From Nitrospirota bacterium (GTDB taxonomy: Bacteria > Nitrospirota > UBA9217), in contig CAVTRN010000001.1 of assembly GCA_963737155.1 (NCBI GenBank), forward strand, positions 320,001-384,000: a stretch of DNA of 64,000 bases, in the 5' to 3' direction. This document shows, one piece after another, positions 33,356 through 43,278 of the stretch. The position numbers and the translations under genes are program-made. Every line of letters begins with the position of its first letter. Positions within the stretch are counted from its first letter, which is position 1. A model generated the notes under the pieces. That model made no database searches and was not told the DNA's origin. It worked only from the letters and a program-made list of their open reading frames with translations.

Positions 33356-33386
33356 ATTATATCGAGTCCTTGACGCATGAGTCAAG
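33356..33386 (-). promoter_or_regulatory. sigma70 promoter with overlapping palindrome
   Basis: TTGACT-18 bp-TATAAT on minus strand; CTTGACGCATGAGTCAAG near-palindrome covers the -35. Confidence 0.55.
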
Positions 33387-33508
33387 AAAAAATCGGAAAT
33401 TACCAACAATTTTTTTTTATCAACGTATAAATTTCATTGATAAAAATGTCGTATGCTACAAAAATGAGCCCGTAGTATGTGACTAAAGTCATCCTGTTTT
33501 ATACGGAA

Positions 33509-34309
33509 TTATTTAAAACTTTGATCTGCGGAGGGGAATTTGCCGCTTTCGACATCCTGCTTGTATTCGTTTACTGCCGAGAGTGCCAGCTGTTTGAGAT
33601 TAGCGTATTTCTTGACAAATTTAGGCGTAAACCGGTCGAACAAACCTAAAAGATCGTGGATAACGAGAACCTGGCCGTCGCAGTCCGGCCCTGCGCCGAT
33701 CCCTATAGTGGGTATGTGAAGCATTGCCTGAATCTCTTTCGCCAGTGAGGACGGCATAGCCTCGAGCACAACAGAAAATGCCCCCGCATCCTGAACCGCC
33801 CTGGCGTCTGCAAGTATCTTTTCCCGGGCTGCCTCGCCTTTTCCCTGGACTTTGAACCCGCCAAGCATATGGACATACTGGGGTGTCAGGCCTATATGCG
33901 CCATGACCGGAATGCCGGCTTGCACAATCGCACGGATGGCATCGGCCATTTGCGTCCCGCCTTCAAGTTTCACCGCCTCGGCGCCGGCCTCTTTCAAAAA
34001 CCGTCCCGCATTATTCACCGCATTGGCCATGCTCAACTGGTAAGAGAGAAAGGGCATGTCACCGACGACCATGGCGGAAGCAGCGGCACGGGACACCATT
34101 TTTGTATGATAGAGCATTTCCTCCATAGTGACTGGAAGCGTACTCGTCATCCCCTGCACAACCATGCCGAGCGAATCCCCAACCAGAATCATGTCGATTG
34201 CGGCTTGGTCCACGATCTGGGCTGTGGGAAAATCGTATGCCGTGAGCATAGTGATTTTCTTGCCTTCGGCTTTCTTTTTATAAATATCGAGGATGGTTGT
34301 TTTCGGCAT
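33509..34309 (-). CDS. panB: 3-methyl-2-oxobutanoate hydroxymethyltransferase
   Basis: LTAYD, LVGDSLG, KLEGG, HIGLTPQ, IGIGAG. Confidence 0.98.
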   Translation of the reverse strand: MPKTTILDIYKKKAEGKKITMLTAYDFPTAQIVDQAAIDMILVGDSLGMVVQGMTSTLPVTMEEMLYHTKMVSRAAASAMVVGDMPFLSYQLSMANAVNNAGRFLKEAGAEAVKLEGGTQMADAIRAIVQAGIPVMAHIGLTPQYVHMLGGFKVQGKGEAAREKILADARAVQDAGAFSVVLEAMPSSLAKEIQAMLHIPTIGIGAGPDCDGQVLVIHDLLGLFDRFTPKFVKKYANLKQLALSAVNEYKQDVESGKFPSADQSFK

Positions 34310-34408
34310 AAAAACCTCTGGCTTCTTTACGCAGGCTGCAGCCTGCGGGCTGCCCGTTTACCATGCACCGTAATATTCTCTATATCGTTGGAATCCTGAC
34401 CCGGTCTT

Positions 34409-35380
34409 TTACACCTGTGGTCGTGGATACAGCCCAGCGGCTTTCACAATCCCTTCGATGGCGCTCTCCCACTCGATGGCCTGGATATGAACACCCTTAA
34501 CGCCCGGAGTTTCCAATGCCTGGTGAATAAGCTCTATGGCGATTTTGATGCCTTCCTGCTCCTGCAGTTCGCGCATCTTCTTCTTATCCTCGCCGGCTGC
34601 CGCTTTGGCCTTGTTCATACGGTCGATCAGCTCTTTGGGGACCGACACCCCGGCAACCGAGGAATCCATATACTTGAGCATCATGGCGCTTTTCGGCACA
34701 ATGATGCCTGCAAGGATCGAGGTCCGCTCATGGAGGCCCATGTTCCGGATTTTCGCCATCTGCTCGCGGAAGAGAGTCATATCGTAGATGCCCTGTGTCT
34801 GGATGAAATCAGCTCCGGCATTCACTTTTTTAAGAAGATTGATCGGCCGGAAATCAATGGGGTCGGCCATGGGCGTCCAGGACGCTCCTACAAAAAATTT
34901 CGGGGCTACTTCCAGAGGGTCGCCGCCCTCCTGCTTGCCCTCATCACGCATCTTCTTGAGAATGCCGACGAGCTGGCACGTATCGACATCATAGACATTC
35001 TTCGCCCCGGGATGGCCTTTCAGTCTACCGGCCGAGCTGAACTTCTGGTGGTCGCCGGCGAGGCAAAGACAATTCTTGAGCCCGAGCGCAGCAGCGCCGA
35101 GGAGGTCTGCCTGCATGGCGATGCGGTTCCGGTCACGGCAGGTCATCTGGATCACCGGCTCCAGCCCCTGCTGGAACGCGATGGCGCCGGCAGCGATGCT
35201 CGAAATTCGTACAACCGCAGTCTGGCAGTCCGTAATATTCGCCGCGTCGCAAAAACCCTTGAGCATCTGAGCTTTTTTCACCACTTCATGAGGATCGGCG
35301 CTCATGGGAGGCCCAAGCTCAGCAGTGACCGCGGGTTTGCCGCTGGCGATTACTTTTTCAAGATTGCTTCCGCTTTTCAT
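34409..35380 (-). CDS. metF: Methylenetetrahydrofolate reductase
   Basis: QMTCRDRNRIAMQ, GADFIQTQ. Confidence 0.93.
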   Translation of the reverse strand: MKSGSNLEKVIASGKPAVTAELGPPMSADPHEVVKKAQMLKGFCDAANITDCQTAVVRISSIAAGAIAFQQGLEPVIQMTCRDRNRIAMQADLLGAAALGLKNCLCLAGDHQKFSSAGRLKGHPGAKNVYDVDTCQLVGILKKMRDEGKQEGGDPLEVAPKFFVGASWTPMADPIDFRPINLLKKVNAGADFIQTQGIYDMTLFREQMAKIRNMGLHERTSILAGIIVPKSAMMLKYMDSSVAGVSVPKELIDRMNKAKAAAGEDKKKMRELQEQEGIKIAIELIHQALETPGVKGVHIQAIEWESAIEGIVKAAGLYPRPQV

Positions 35381-35526
35381 TCTTTCTTCCCTCCAAAAGG
35401 TCTATCCTAAGAGGACTATGGACCGCTTCTTCATTCACGCTAACGCCGGAAGTCGGCGTCTCGAGGCAGACCCGGAATGACGGGCTGGATAGACATATGG
35501 ACATCCTCTGCCGAACAATTTCTTCA

Positions 35527-36228
35527 CTACTTCCCGGACTTGTCCGCTTCCTTCTCTTCGAACTCCCGTATATGCTCCATGGATATGCGGCGCGGTCCGC
35601 CGTCGCGCGACGTGGACCAGTTCCTTGGCGGCTGGATTTCGGTGAGTCTCTCAAGAGTACCGAGCATCTTCATGCGCTCGACGATCAGGTACCAAACGCA
35701 GTCGATCTCGTTGCTGACTTCGCACTTCCCCTTGTTCGTGCCACCGCAGGGACCGTTCATAAGTGTCTTCGAGCAACGCGCAATGGGGCAGAGGCCGCCG
35801 GTAAGATGCAGGATGCAGTTGCCGCAGCCGGCACAGAGTTCTTTGAAGACGCCGGGCGCTTCTACCGCTCCGTAGAACGAGGTATTGATGCCCGGATAGA
35901 CCGGAATCGTTCCGGTTCGGTCGGACAGAAAATTCACCCCGACCCCGCAGGCCGTTGAGAGAATGAGGTCGTACTTCCTGACCTCATCCATGACTGGCTC
36001 GAAGTACTCGGGCTCGCAGTGGCGCATCACGCCGAGGTGGTTCACCTCCATAGCCTTCCCCTCCTGCGATGCCTTGATTCTGATGAGGGAAGCGATGGTC
36101 TCGGCCTCCTTCTCGCCGCCTGCATGGCAGATGGCCACGCAGGTGTTGCACCCGAATACGAGAACCTTTTTAAAGTCCTTGACCATGGTCCAGATTTCGT
36201 CAATCGGTTTCTGTGATCCTACGATCAT
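35527..36228 (-). CDS. metV: Methylene-THF reductase C-terminal-domain (MetV) subunit
   Basis: CAGCGNC, CPIARCSK, NGPCGG, CEV, CVW; adjacent to metF. Confidence 0.92.
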   Translation of the reverse strand: MIVGSQKPIDEIWTMVKDFKKVLVFGCNTCVAICHAGGEKEAETIASLIRIKASQEGKAMEVNHLGVMRHCEPEYFEPVMDEVRKYDLILSTACGVGVNFLSDRTGTIPVYPGINTSFYGAVEAPGVFKELCAGCGNCILHLTGGLCPIARCSKTLMNGPCGGTNKGKCEVSNEIDCVWYLIVERMKMLGTLERLTEIQPPRNWSTSRDGGPRRISMEHIREFEEKEADKSGK

Positions 36229-36288
36229 AATTCATTACTCCTTCTATAGCGAACTCAAAAATATTATCGCCCTGAAACCGTCCCCGTC

Positions 36289-38382
36289 TTACTTCGTCCT
36301 TAACCCGATTTTCTTCACACGTTCGGAAAAATCTGCGCAAACCGCTGCATAGGAATTCCCGCCATTGTTAGATGCGGAAAGGATCTCGAGACGGCCCGGT
36401 TCGATCGACAGCATGCCGAGCAGTCCCTGAACTCTTTTCACCCTGGCATTCACACGCGGAGCAATGTCCCGATACTTGCATGTTCCGTCATTACAGCGCA
36501 CAATTACCACGCCATCGGCACCGGCTTCAAAGGCTTTCAGCATATCCAGAATATCAATTCTGCTGGTGCAATGCACCGGCACAATCTTCATGTTCGTCGG
36601 CAAATCGAAGCCGAGGATACCGGCGTGATTTGTGCACAGGAGCGCGACAATAACCGGCTCCCGGCGGCTCTCGTCAACCTTTCCGATGCTTGCCGAAAGC
36701 GAGTTCCTGATCTCGCGAACATCATAGCTCACCATGCTGATCGCTTGGGCAGGGCATTCCGGAGCGCAGAGACCGCAGGCCTGGCAGTACTCGGGACGGA
36801 TTTCGGAGTAGGCCTGCACCACCGGCGCGCCGTAGGGGCAAACACGCATACAAGTAAGACAAGCCATACATTTGTTCTTGTCCACGACTGCTCCGCCGCC
36901 GCAGCCGCGGCACCGGCCGGCTTCCTCGAGGGCCTCTTGCTCGGTAAAGCCCTCTTCAAAATGGTCCATGGTTTTAACGCGGACTTCGGGAGCGAGATGT
37001 TTGATCTTGAGCCGTGGCAGCTTGTCGATCTTTTCAACGACGTCGGCCGGCATTGGGGCGATCTTTTCCTTTTCCTGCGTCGGAAGCTTGCCCTCAATTG
37101 ACTCTCCCTGAAGATGGAGATGAATGGCAAGGGCCGAGCGGTGGCCGTTCGCGACAGCTGCAATGGCCGATCCCGGACCGGTAACGACTTCGCCAGCTAC
37201 GAACACGTTCCTGGCGCTGCTCATCTGGGTCGCGGGATTCCACTCAATGCGGCCCCGTTCGTCGACCTTCACGGCGCTGTTTTTCAAGAACGAGAGGTTC
37301 GACATCTGGCCGATCGTGATGATGATTGTATCAGCTTCGAGCAGCATCGTAATATTCGTATCAAAGGTCGGTGCGAACCGCTTGTTCGCATCAAAGACCG
37401 ACACGACCTTCGTGACTTCAAGGCCCTTTACCCGGTCGCCTTCGCGAATAACCGCCTTGGGCCCCCAGCGATAATTGATCTTGATAGCCTCTTCAACAGC
37501 CTCGTCAACTTCCCATTTCCAGGCCGGAATCTCCTGCTCGTTTTCGAGGCAGACCATCTCGACGTTCTGCACGCCGAGCCTGCGGGCCGATCGGGCAACG
37601 TCCATGGCAACGTTTCCGCCGCCAATGACAAGCACTCTCCCACCCAGGGTCGGCTTGCGGTTGAACGCTACGTCTTCGAGGAAAGGAATCGCGAGCAGCA
37701 CTCCGGGTCCCTGCTCTCCGGGAATATTCAAGGCCCGGCTCTGGGACAGACCGATGGCGATCAGCACGGCATCATGTTTTTTCGTAAGGTCGTCAAGCTT
37801 TGCATCCCTGCCGACCTCGAAGTTTGTTTTTACTTCGACGCCTTTTGAAACAACATCGTTGATGTCTTCATTCAAAACTTCCCTCGGAAGCCGGTAGGGC
37901 GGGATCGCGGAAGCGAGCATGCCGCCGAGCATGGGATGACGCTCATAGATCGTGACGCTGTAGCCGAAATCGGCGAGGTCCCGGGCCGCGGTCAGGCCCG
38001 AAGGCCCTGAACCGATGATTCCGATACTTTTGCCCTTCGTTTTCGCGATGAGTCTGCGCTTGGCGCGGCGATAGTCCCTAGATTTCTCTATGGCGAACCG
38101 CTTCAGATGGCGGACCGCCAGGGGCTCGTCGATGCCGCAACGCCTGCAGGACTGCTCGCAGGGATGGTGGCAGATCATGGAGCAGACCGAAGCAATGGGG
38201 TTTACTGACGTGATGACTTCGAACGCTTCAGTATATTTGCCCTTGGCGATCAGTGCCACATAAGCCTGCACATCCGTATGCGCCGGACATGCGGCCCGGC
38301 ACGGCGAATAAGGCCTTGTTTCCTTGATATCGGCGCCATAAGGACGATAGGGTTCAAGAGTGCATATAGTTTCCAATGCCAT
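36289..38382 (-). CDS. NfnB/GltD-like flavoprotein fused to 2x[4Fe-4S] ferredoxin and MvhD-like domain (697 aa)
   Basis: PCRAACPAH, CHHPCEQSC, GSGPSG, GGGNVA, CMACLTC..CP, CQACGLC..CP, HCTSRID...GADGV..C..GTCKY; AGGAG RBS. Confidence 0.88.
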   Translation of the reverse strand: MALETICTLEPYRPYGADIKETRPYSPCRAACPAHTDVQAYVALIAKGKYTEAFEVITSVNPIASVCSMICHHPCEQSCRRCGIDEPLAVRHLKRFAIEKSRDYRRAKRRLIAKTKGKSIGIIGSGPSGLTAARDLADFGYSVTIYERHPMLGGMLASAIPPYRLPREVLNEDINDVVSKGVEVKTNFEVGRDAKLDDLTKKHDAVLIAIGLSQSRALNIPGEQGPGVLLAIPFLEDVAFNRKPTLGGRVLVIGGGNVAMDVARSARRLGVQNVEMVCLENEQEIPAWKWEVDEAVEEAIKINYRWGPKAVIREGDRVKGLEVTKVVSVFDANKRFAPTFDTNITMLLEADTIIITIGQMSNLSFLKNSAVKVDERGRIEWNPATQMSSARNVFVAGEVVTGPGSAIAAVANGHRSALAIHLHLQGESIEGKLPTQEKEKIAPMPADVVEKIDKLPRLKIKHLAPEVRVKTMDHFEEGFTEQEALEEAGRCRGCGGGAVVDKNKCMACLTCMRVCPYGAPVVQAYSEIRPEYCQACGLCAPECPAQAISMVSYDVREIRNSLSASIGKVDESRREPVIVALLCTNHAGILGFDLPTNMKIVPVHCTSRIDILDMLKAFEAGADGVVIVRCNDGTCKYRDIAPRVNARVKRVQGLLGMLSIEPGRLEILSASNNGGNSYAAVCADFSERVKKIGLRTK

Positions 38383-38522
38383 AACATACTCCTGCTTTAA
38401 AAGGACGGGATTTCTCTCGCGCGTAGACGTCAGGAACGTAAAACGGATAAACCGGCGGGCTTGCATCGGTTTTCACCGGCCCTTCTCTGCATTCCATGCG
38501 CCCGTGCGGGAGAATACTCTTT

Positions 38523-39086
38523 TTATTCTTTTTTCGTTAAAAGTTCCAGCATCTCCATGCGCGTCGATTCCTTGGTGCGGAAGCTGCCGCGCACAGCGGA
38601 AGTGACCACCCGAGAGCCGGGCTTTTTAACGCCGCGCATGCTCATGCAAAGGTGCTCGGCGTCGATTACCACCATGGCGCCTTTCGGCTTGAGGTGTTCA
38701 ACAATCAGGTCGATGAACTGGGTCGTTAGTCGTTCCTGTACCTGCGGTCTCTTGGCAAAAACCTCCAGGGCTTTTGCCAGAGAACTGATGCCGACGATCT
38801 TCCCGGCGCCCGGGATGTAAGCGATATGTGCCCTGCCAAAAAACGGCAGTAGATGGTGTTCGCACACGGAATAAAAAGGGATATCGCGAATCATCACCAT
38901 CTCATCGTGGGTCTCCCCAGCCATGGGTGCGAGAAGCTTTTCCGTATCCATCGAAATCCCGGAGAAAATCTCCCCGTACATCTCGGCCACACGCTGGGGC
39001 GTGCTCATAAGCCCCGGCCTGTCAGGATTTTCACCGATTCCTTCTATGATGAGACGGACGCCTTTTTCGATTTTCTTAATATCCAT
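38523..39086 (-). CDS. folE: GTP cyclohydrolase I
   Basis: [25 protein letters not shown]. Confidence 0.97.
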   Translation of the reverse strand: MDIKKIEKGVRLIIEGIGENPDRPGLMSTPQRVAEMYGEIFSGISMDTEKLLAPMAGETHDEMVMIRDIPFYSVCEHHLLPFFGRAHIAYIPGAGKIVGISSLAKALEVFAKRPQVQERLTTQFIDLIVEHLKPKGAMVVIDAEHLCMSMRGVKKPGSRVVTSAVRGSFRTKESTRMEMLELLTKKE

Positions 39087-39141
39087 CGAGTGTGATAACG
39101 GCAGAGGGTGCGTGGGTCTCTGCTGCTCCCCTGCCCTTGTG

Positions 39142-39699
39142 TTATTTTCCTTGAGCTCTGATGACCCGTTTTTCGGTTATTATTTTTTGCATTGGAACAT
39201 CGTGGCTATCAACGGGTATTTCATCCACGATCTGCGCTTCGAAGGCCAGCGCCACAGTAGCTTTCCCAAAAGCAGGAAGAAGCTTGTCGTAATACCCTGC
39301 GCCGTAGCCAAGCCGGTTGCCCCTCTTGTCGAAAGCAGCTCCGGGTATAATCATGAGATCGATATCTGTCAGCGAGGCGGGCATGATAGACTTTGGCTCC
39401 GGAATTCCCCACGTACCGGACTCCACATCGTTGTCGAAATCGCGTATCTCATAGAGGGCAAGCTCACTACCCTGAACTTTCGGGAGGACCACGCGCTTAC
39501 CCGATTGCAAAACCCGGCGGATCATCGGGCCGGTTTCTACTTCGCTCCGGAATGATGCAAAAAACATGACGACCCGCGCTGACAGGAATTCAGGAAGGGA
39601 AAAAAGCCGCTCTGCGATCTCCCGGCTTTTCGCCGTTCTGTCTATCGGTGAGAGACAGTCGCGAGCCGATAAAACCTGTTTACGAAGGATCTTTTTCAA
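39142..39699 (-). CDS. 5-formyltetrahydrofolate cyclo-ligase
   Basis: [20 protein letters not shown]; TTG start. Confidence 0.94.
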   Translation of the reverse strand: MKKILRKQVLSARDCLSPIDRTAKSREIAERLFSLPEFLSARVVMFFASFRSEVETGPMIRRVLQSGKRVVLPKVQGSELALYEIRDFDNDVESGTWGIPEPKSIMPASLTDIDLMIIPGAAFDKRGNRLGYGAGYYDKLLPAFGKATVALAFEAQIVDEIPVDSHDVPMQKIITEKRVIRAQGK

Positions 39700-39808
39700 T
39701 AGGGAGCCGCAAATGCCGGATGAAGGCGCTTACAAGACGACATCAGTGAATAGGGAACAAGAATTTTCATGAACGATTTTCCTCCCTGTAGTCCCTATTC
39801 ATCCATGG

Positions 39809-40600
39809 TTAATGCTTCACTGTATTTGCGAGCATTTGATCAAGGTCAGCCTTGATTTTCTTTGCCTCTTCCACGGCGAGAGGCGAGGCATCGTATGGCG
39901 ACCTGCCATCCAGATCGGCCCTAACCGTATCATCGGCATAACTCATGAACCCGAGGACCTTCATGCCTGCAAGGTGTTCCGTTATGAACTCTTTGTCCGA
40001 TTCCTGTTTGATCTTGTTACCGACGACAAAAACATCCTTGATGCCTAACCCTCTGGCCAGGTTTTCAACGTGCCGCGCGGTCTGGAGGCTCCGCTGGCCT
40101 GGCTCGACTACGACAATGAAGGCATTCACGCCGCTCGCCGTGCCTCGCGTCAGATGCTCGATGCCGGCCTCCATGTCGAGGATGACCAGTTCATCGCGCC
40201 GCAGAATCAAATGGCTCACGAGACGTCGCAACAAAACATGTTCGGGGCAATAACAGCCAGCGGCGGCCTCTTTGGATTTTCCCATGATAAGAAGCCGCAC
40301 ACCTTCGTGCTGTACTCCATACGCCTCGGGAATATCATCCACTTTCGGATTGATCGTGAACAGGCCCCCGGGAGCTCCGGGGCGTGAGCCCGTACGCTCC
40401 TCGATCATGTCCGACTGCTCAGCGAGCGGCAGAACCCGCGCCGCAACCTCGGGTGATATGCCGAGCGCCGATGCAAGATTCGCGTCCGGATCGGCATCTA
40501 CAGCAAGAACCTTTTTGCCTTCCGATGCATAAATTCTCGCTAAGAGGCCGGAAAGAGTAGTTTTACCCACCCCGCCCTTGCCCGTAATCGCAATTTTCAA
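39809..40600 (-). CDS. cooC: CooC-type CODH nickel-insertion ATPase
   Basis: GKGGVGKT, DADPDANL, GCYCPE, DMEAGIEHL; TTG start after GGGAG. Confidence 0.9.
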   Translation of the reverse strand: MKIAITGKGGVGKTTLSGLLARIYASEGKKVLAVDADPDANLASALGISPEVAARVLPLAEQSDMIEERTGSRPGAPGGLFTINPKVDDIPEAYGVQHEGVRLLIMGKSKEAAAGCYCPEHVLLRRLVSHLILRRDELVILDMEAGIEHLTRGTASGVNAFIVVVEPGQRSLQTARHVENLARGLGIKDVFVVGNKIKQESDKEFITEHLAGMKVLGFMSYADDTVRADLDGRSPYDASPLAVEEAKKIKADLDQMLANTVKH

Positions 40601-40806
40601 GCAACTCTCCCAAAAAATCTTTATGCAAAATAACATCTCTTAAGCGAGAGTGTCAAGGCTTTTTTGTTTGGAACAGACTGCAGCTGATGTACTTTATCGA
40701 ACGCCGGCAAAAAAATCCGGAATAACCTTGGTCAGGGTCGCCTTATTTTGCAATTTTATGATTTTATTAAAGATATTGGCGAAATGTCCGATAAATAATA
40801 TACCAT

Positions 40807-42435
40807 ATGCTTACGATGTCATCGAAAAAAACAAAATATATCCTGCTCCTTTCGTCCGCCCTGCTGGTATGCATCATTTTTGCTGCACTGATCATACGCA
40901 GGTCTGTCATGAATAGGACAGAAGAAGGGCAACAAGTATCGAAATATTCAAGTATCCCGCTATCCACTCCGGCAGTGAGCATCCCGATATCGACCACCAG
41001 CGAGGCGGCTACGCCTTTTTTCCCCCTTCCGCCGGAAACAGCGGTATTCCCCGATTCCGCTGACAAGGGAAGCGATATTGTGCTGCTAATCGATAGTTCA
41101 AACAGCATGAAAGTTTCCGATCCGGACGGCTACTATAAAGCCGCCGCAAAACTTTTCATATCCCTCCTCGATACGGGCGACCGAGTCGCAGTCGTGAGTT
41201 TCGGTGATGCGGCCACCCTGTTAAGCCCCCTGACGCAAAATACCGAGCAGAATCGTCCGGCCCTCTTTAACGCGGTTGAGAGAATATCGCCGCAAGAACA
41301 GTCTGCTAATATATATGAGGCGCTTCTGAAAGGCTTTGATGAACTCGGTACCTCTTCCCGCAGGAACCGCATACTCATTATGATATCGGACGGAAAGATT
41401 TCTCTGGGTTCAAAAGAAAAAAATGAAGCGGCGCTCGCCGGCCTACAGGCCCTTTTACCCCAACTGGCCAAAGCTCACATCAAACTGAACACAATCGCTT
41501 TCACTGATTCATCAGACCGTGTTTTCCTCGAACAGCTGGCGCTGGTGACCGGCGGAGTCTTTGCGTTTTCGAAATCAGGAAACGACCTACACCTCATTTT
41601 CTCTACAATTTTCGAGAAGATCAAGTCCTCTGATTCCGTTGCCGCCGAGGGTGACGCGTTTTCCATCGACAACGACGTCCGGGATGCCATTGTGCTGGTC
41701 TCCAAGAAGGTCGGAGCCGCTCCCGCCCTTATCAATCCGTCTGGAAACTCAGAGACCGCCAATAGGCATCCTAGTCAAACAGAGTGGTACGTATCCACGG
41801 TTTTCGACATGGTCATGATACGGGACCCCGCTCCCGGTATATGGCACATCGAGCCCAGTCTCGGAGAAGGGAACAAGATCTATGTCCTCACCGACTTGAG
41901 CCTGAAAAGCTCCTTCAACAGATACTTCATCTCCCAGGGGGAGACGGTGATCGTGGATGCGTGGATGGAAAAAACAGGTGGGGTCATCACCGGGCAGGGT
42001 GCGCTCGATGCTTTCAACTTAACAGCCGAGGTAACCGGCCCTAACGGAAAAATAGTCAACTTGCCTCTTCTCTCCGTTCCAAAACCAGAAGAACCTCAGA
42101 CGGCGAGCGGTAGATTTTCCGTTGCCATAACGGCGCGTGACCTAGGCGACTATACGGTAAAAATCTTCGCACAAGGCAAAACGTTCAGGAGAGAAAAGAC
42201 ACTGCTCTTCAAAGCGATTGAGCCGTCGGCAATGGGCCCGGCTACCTCCAAAACGGAACCCGCTCCCAAACATGTACTCCTTCAGACCCAAGCTGCCGCA
42301 CCTGATGAGATATCCTGGGCGTCCGTACTTATCAGATTCGGAATTGTAAATCTTGGTGCAGCCTTATTGACGGCTGCGGCCGTTTTCATAAGGATATTGG
42401 CGCTCAAATTGACAGTAAAAAGGACGAGGCAATGA
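40807..42435 (+). CDS. VWA domain membrane protein
   Basis: N-terminal TM, MIDAS DSSNS, ISDG, beta-rich middle region, C-terminal TM. Confidence 0.85.
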   Translation: MLTMSSKKTKYILLLSSALLVCIIFAALIIRRSVMNRTEEGQQVSKYSSIPLSTPAVSIPISTTSEAATPFFPLPPETAVFPDSADKGSDIVLLIDSSNSMKVSDPDGYYKAAAKLFISLLDTGDRVAVVSFGDAATLLSPLTQNTEQNRPALFNAVERISPQEQSANIYEALLKGFDELGTSSRRNRILIMISDGKISLGSKEKNEAALAGLQALLPQLAKAHIKLNTIAFTDSSDRVFLEQLALVTGGVFAFSKSGNDLHLIFSTIFEKIKSSDSVAAEGDAFSIDNDVRDAIVLVSKKVGAAPALINPSGNSETANRHPSQTEWYVSTVFDMVMIRDPAPGIWHIEPSLGEGNKIYVLTDLSLKSSFNRYFISQGETVIVDAWMEKTGGVITGQGALDAFNLTAEVTGPNGKIVNLPLLSVPKPEEPQTASGRFSVAITARDLGDYTVKIFAQGKTFRREKTLLFKAIEPSAMGPATSKTEPAPKHVLLQTQAAAPDEISWASVLIRFGIVNLGAALLTAAAVFIRILALKLTVKRTRQ

Positions 42436-42836
42436 TTAAAATCGACCCGCTTTATCTGCTTCTGCTCATGGAACTTTCCTGCATCCTGACGGGCGGGGTT
42501 TTTTTTCTTCTTTTCCGAATCAGGAAATGTCGGAGTCAGTACCGGGACAGTCTCAAGGCCCTCAGCGTATCTCGGCAGGCCCAGGAAAACCTTCGCAAAC
42601 AGCTTGCCACGCTAAGCAATACAACGCCAGCATCACAGCCAGTAACCGCTGTTCAAGGATCCGGGAAAACGGAAGGCAAACCGGAGAATCTTGATGAGCT
42701 CCTGCCTCAAATTAATGCTCTGCGGGAACAATTGAAGGAGAAGACAGGAGCGTACGAGCAAATGCAGGCAAAGTTCACCGATCTGGAGAAGGAGTATATG
42801 ATTCTTTATCATCAGCAGCAGAAGAAACCTGTTTGA
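42432..42836 (+). CDS. Membrane-anchored coiled-coil hypothetical protein
   Basis: ATGA overlap with VWA gene; N-terminal TM; coiled-coil C-terminus. Confidence 0.75.
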   Translation: MIKIDPLYLLLLMELSCILTGGVFFLLFRIRKCRSQYRDSLKALSVSRQAQENLRKQLATLSNTTPASQPVTAVQGSGKTEGKPENLDELLPQINALREQLKEKTGAYEQMQAKFTDLEKEYMILYHQQQKKPV

Positions 42837-43278
42837 ATAACATCGTTCAAAATAGTTGACATCCTCTCCAGCATTTTGCCCGCCTCGTCGCGGATGTAAC
42901 TAATTAGGCAACCTATGCCACCGCCAACGAGTATTTTGGATCATTCACTATGGATCAGCCCCTCGATATTCCAAAGCTGCCAAAAGACTGCAAGCACATT
43001 ACCTAAAACATCGTATTCTTTCATGTTCCTCTTCTTTGGTGCTCAAGTCTCCGTCAATATCTCTTAAAAACCAAGCAAATACGACTCAGGATTAATCCAA
43101 AGAGTAATTCTTCAAGCAATCAATAAAATGCGACTGAACAATGTTGTGAGCAATAGTCCTGTGCGAGCGATGTCCTGAACTTTATGACGTCAGTATTTAC
43201 GCAAGCCTTGACACGCAAGCCTGGAACAACTTGCTTTTCAGGGATGAAGGTGTTACATTCCGTCAGGAAACGGAAATC

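Noticed and set aside
34310-34400. Possible pan-motif RNA before panB
   Set aside because: Only a palindrome CGCAGGCTGCAGCCTGCG; bulged-A stem consensus not recognisable
39700-39808. Possible 6S RNA upstream of the 5-formyl-THF cyclo-ligase
   Set aside because: Only about 110 nt; a hairpin and a 6S-like 3' tail are visible but no pairing 5' strand; needs Rfam search
42840-43230. Possible gene fragment before rlmN
   Set aside because: Interrupted frames, no identifiable homology
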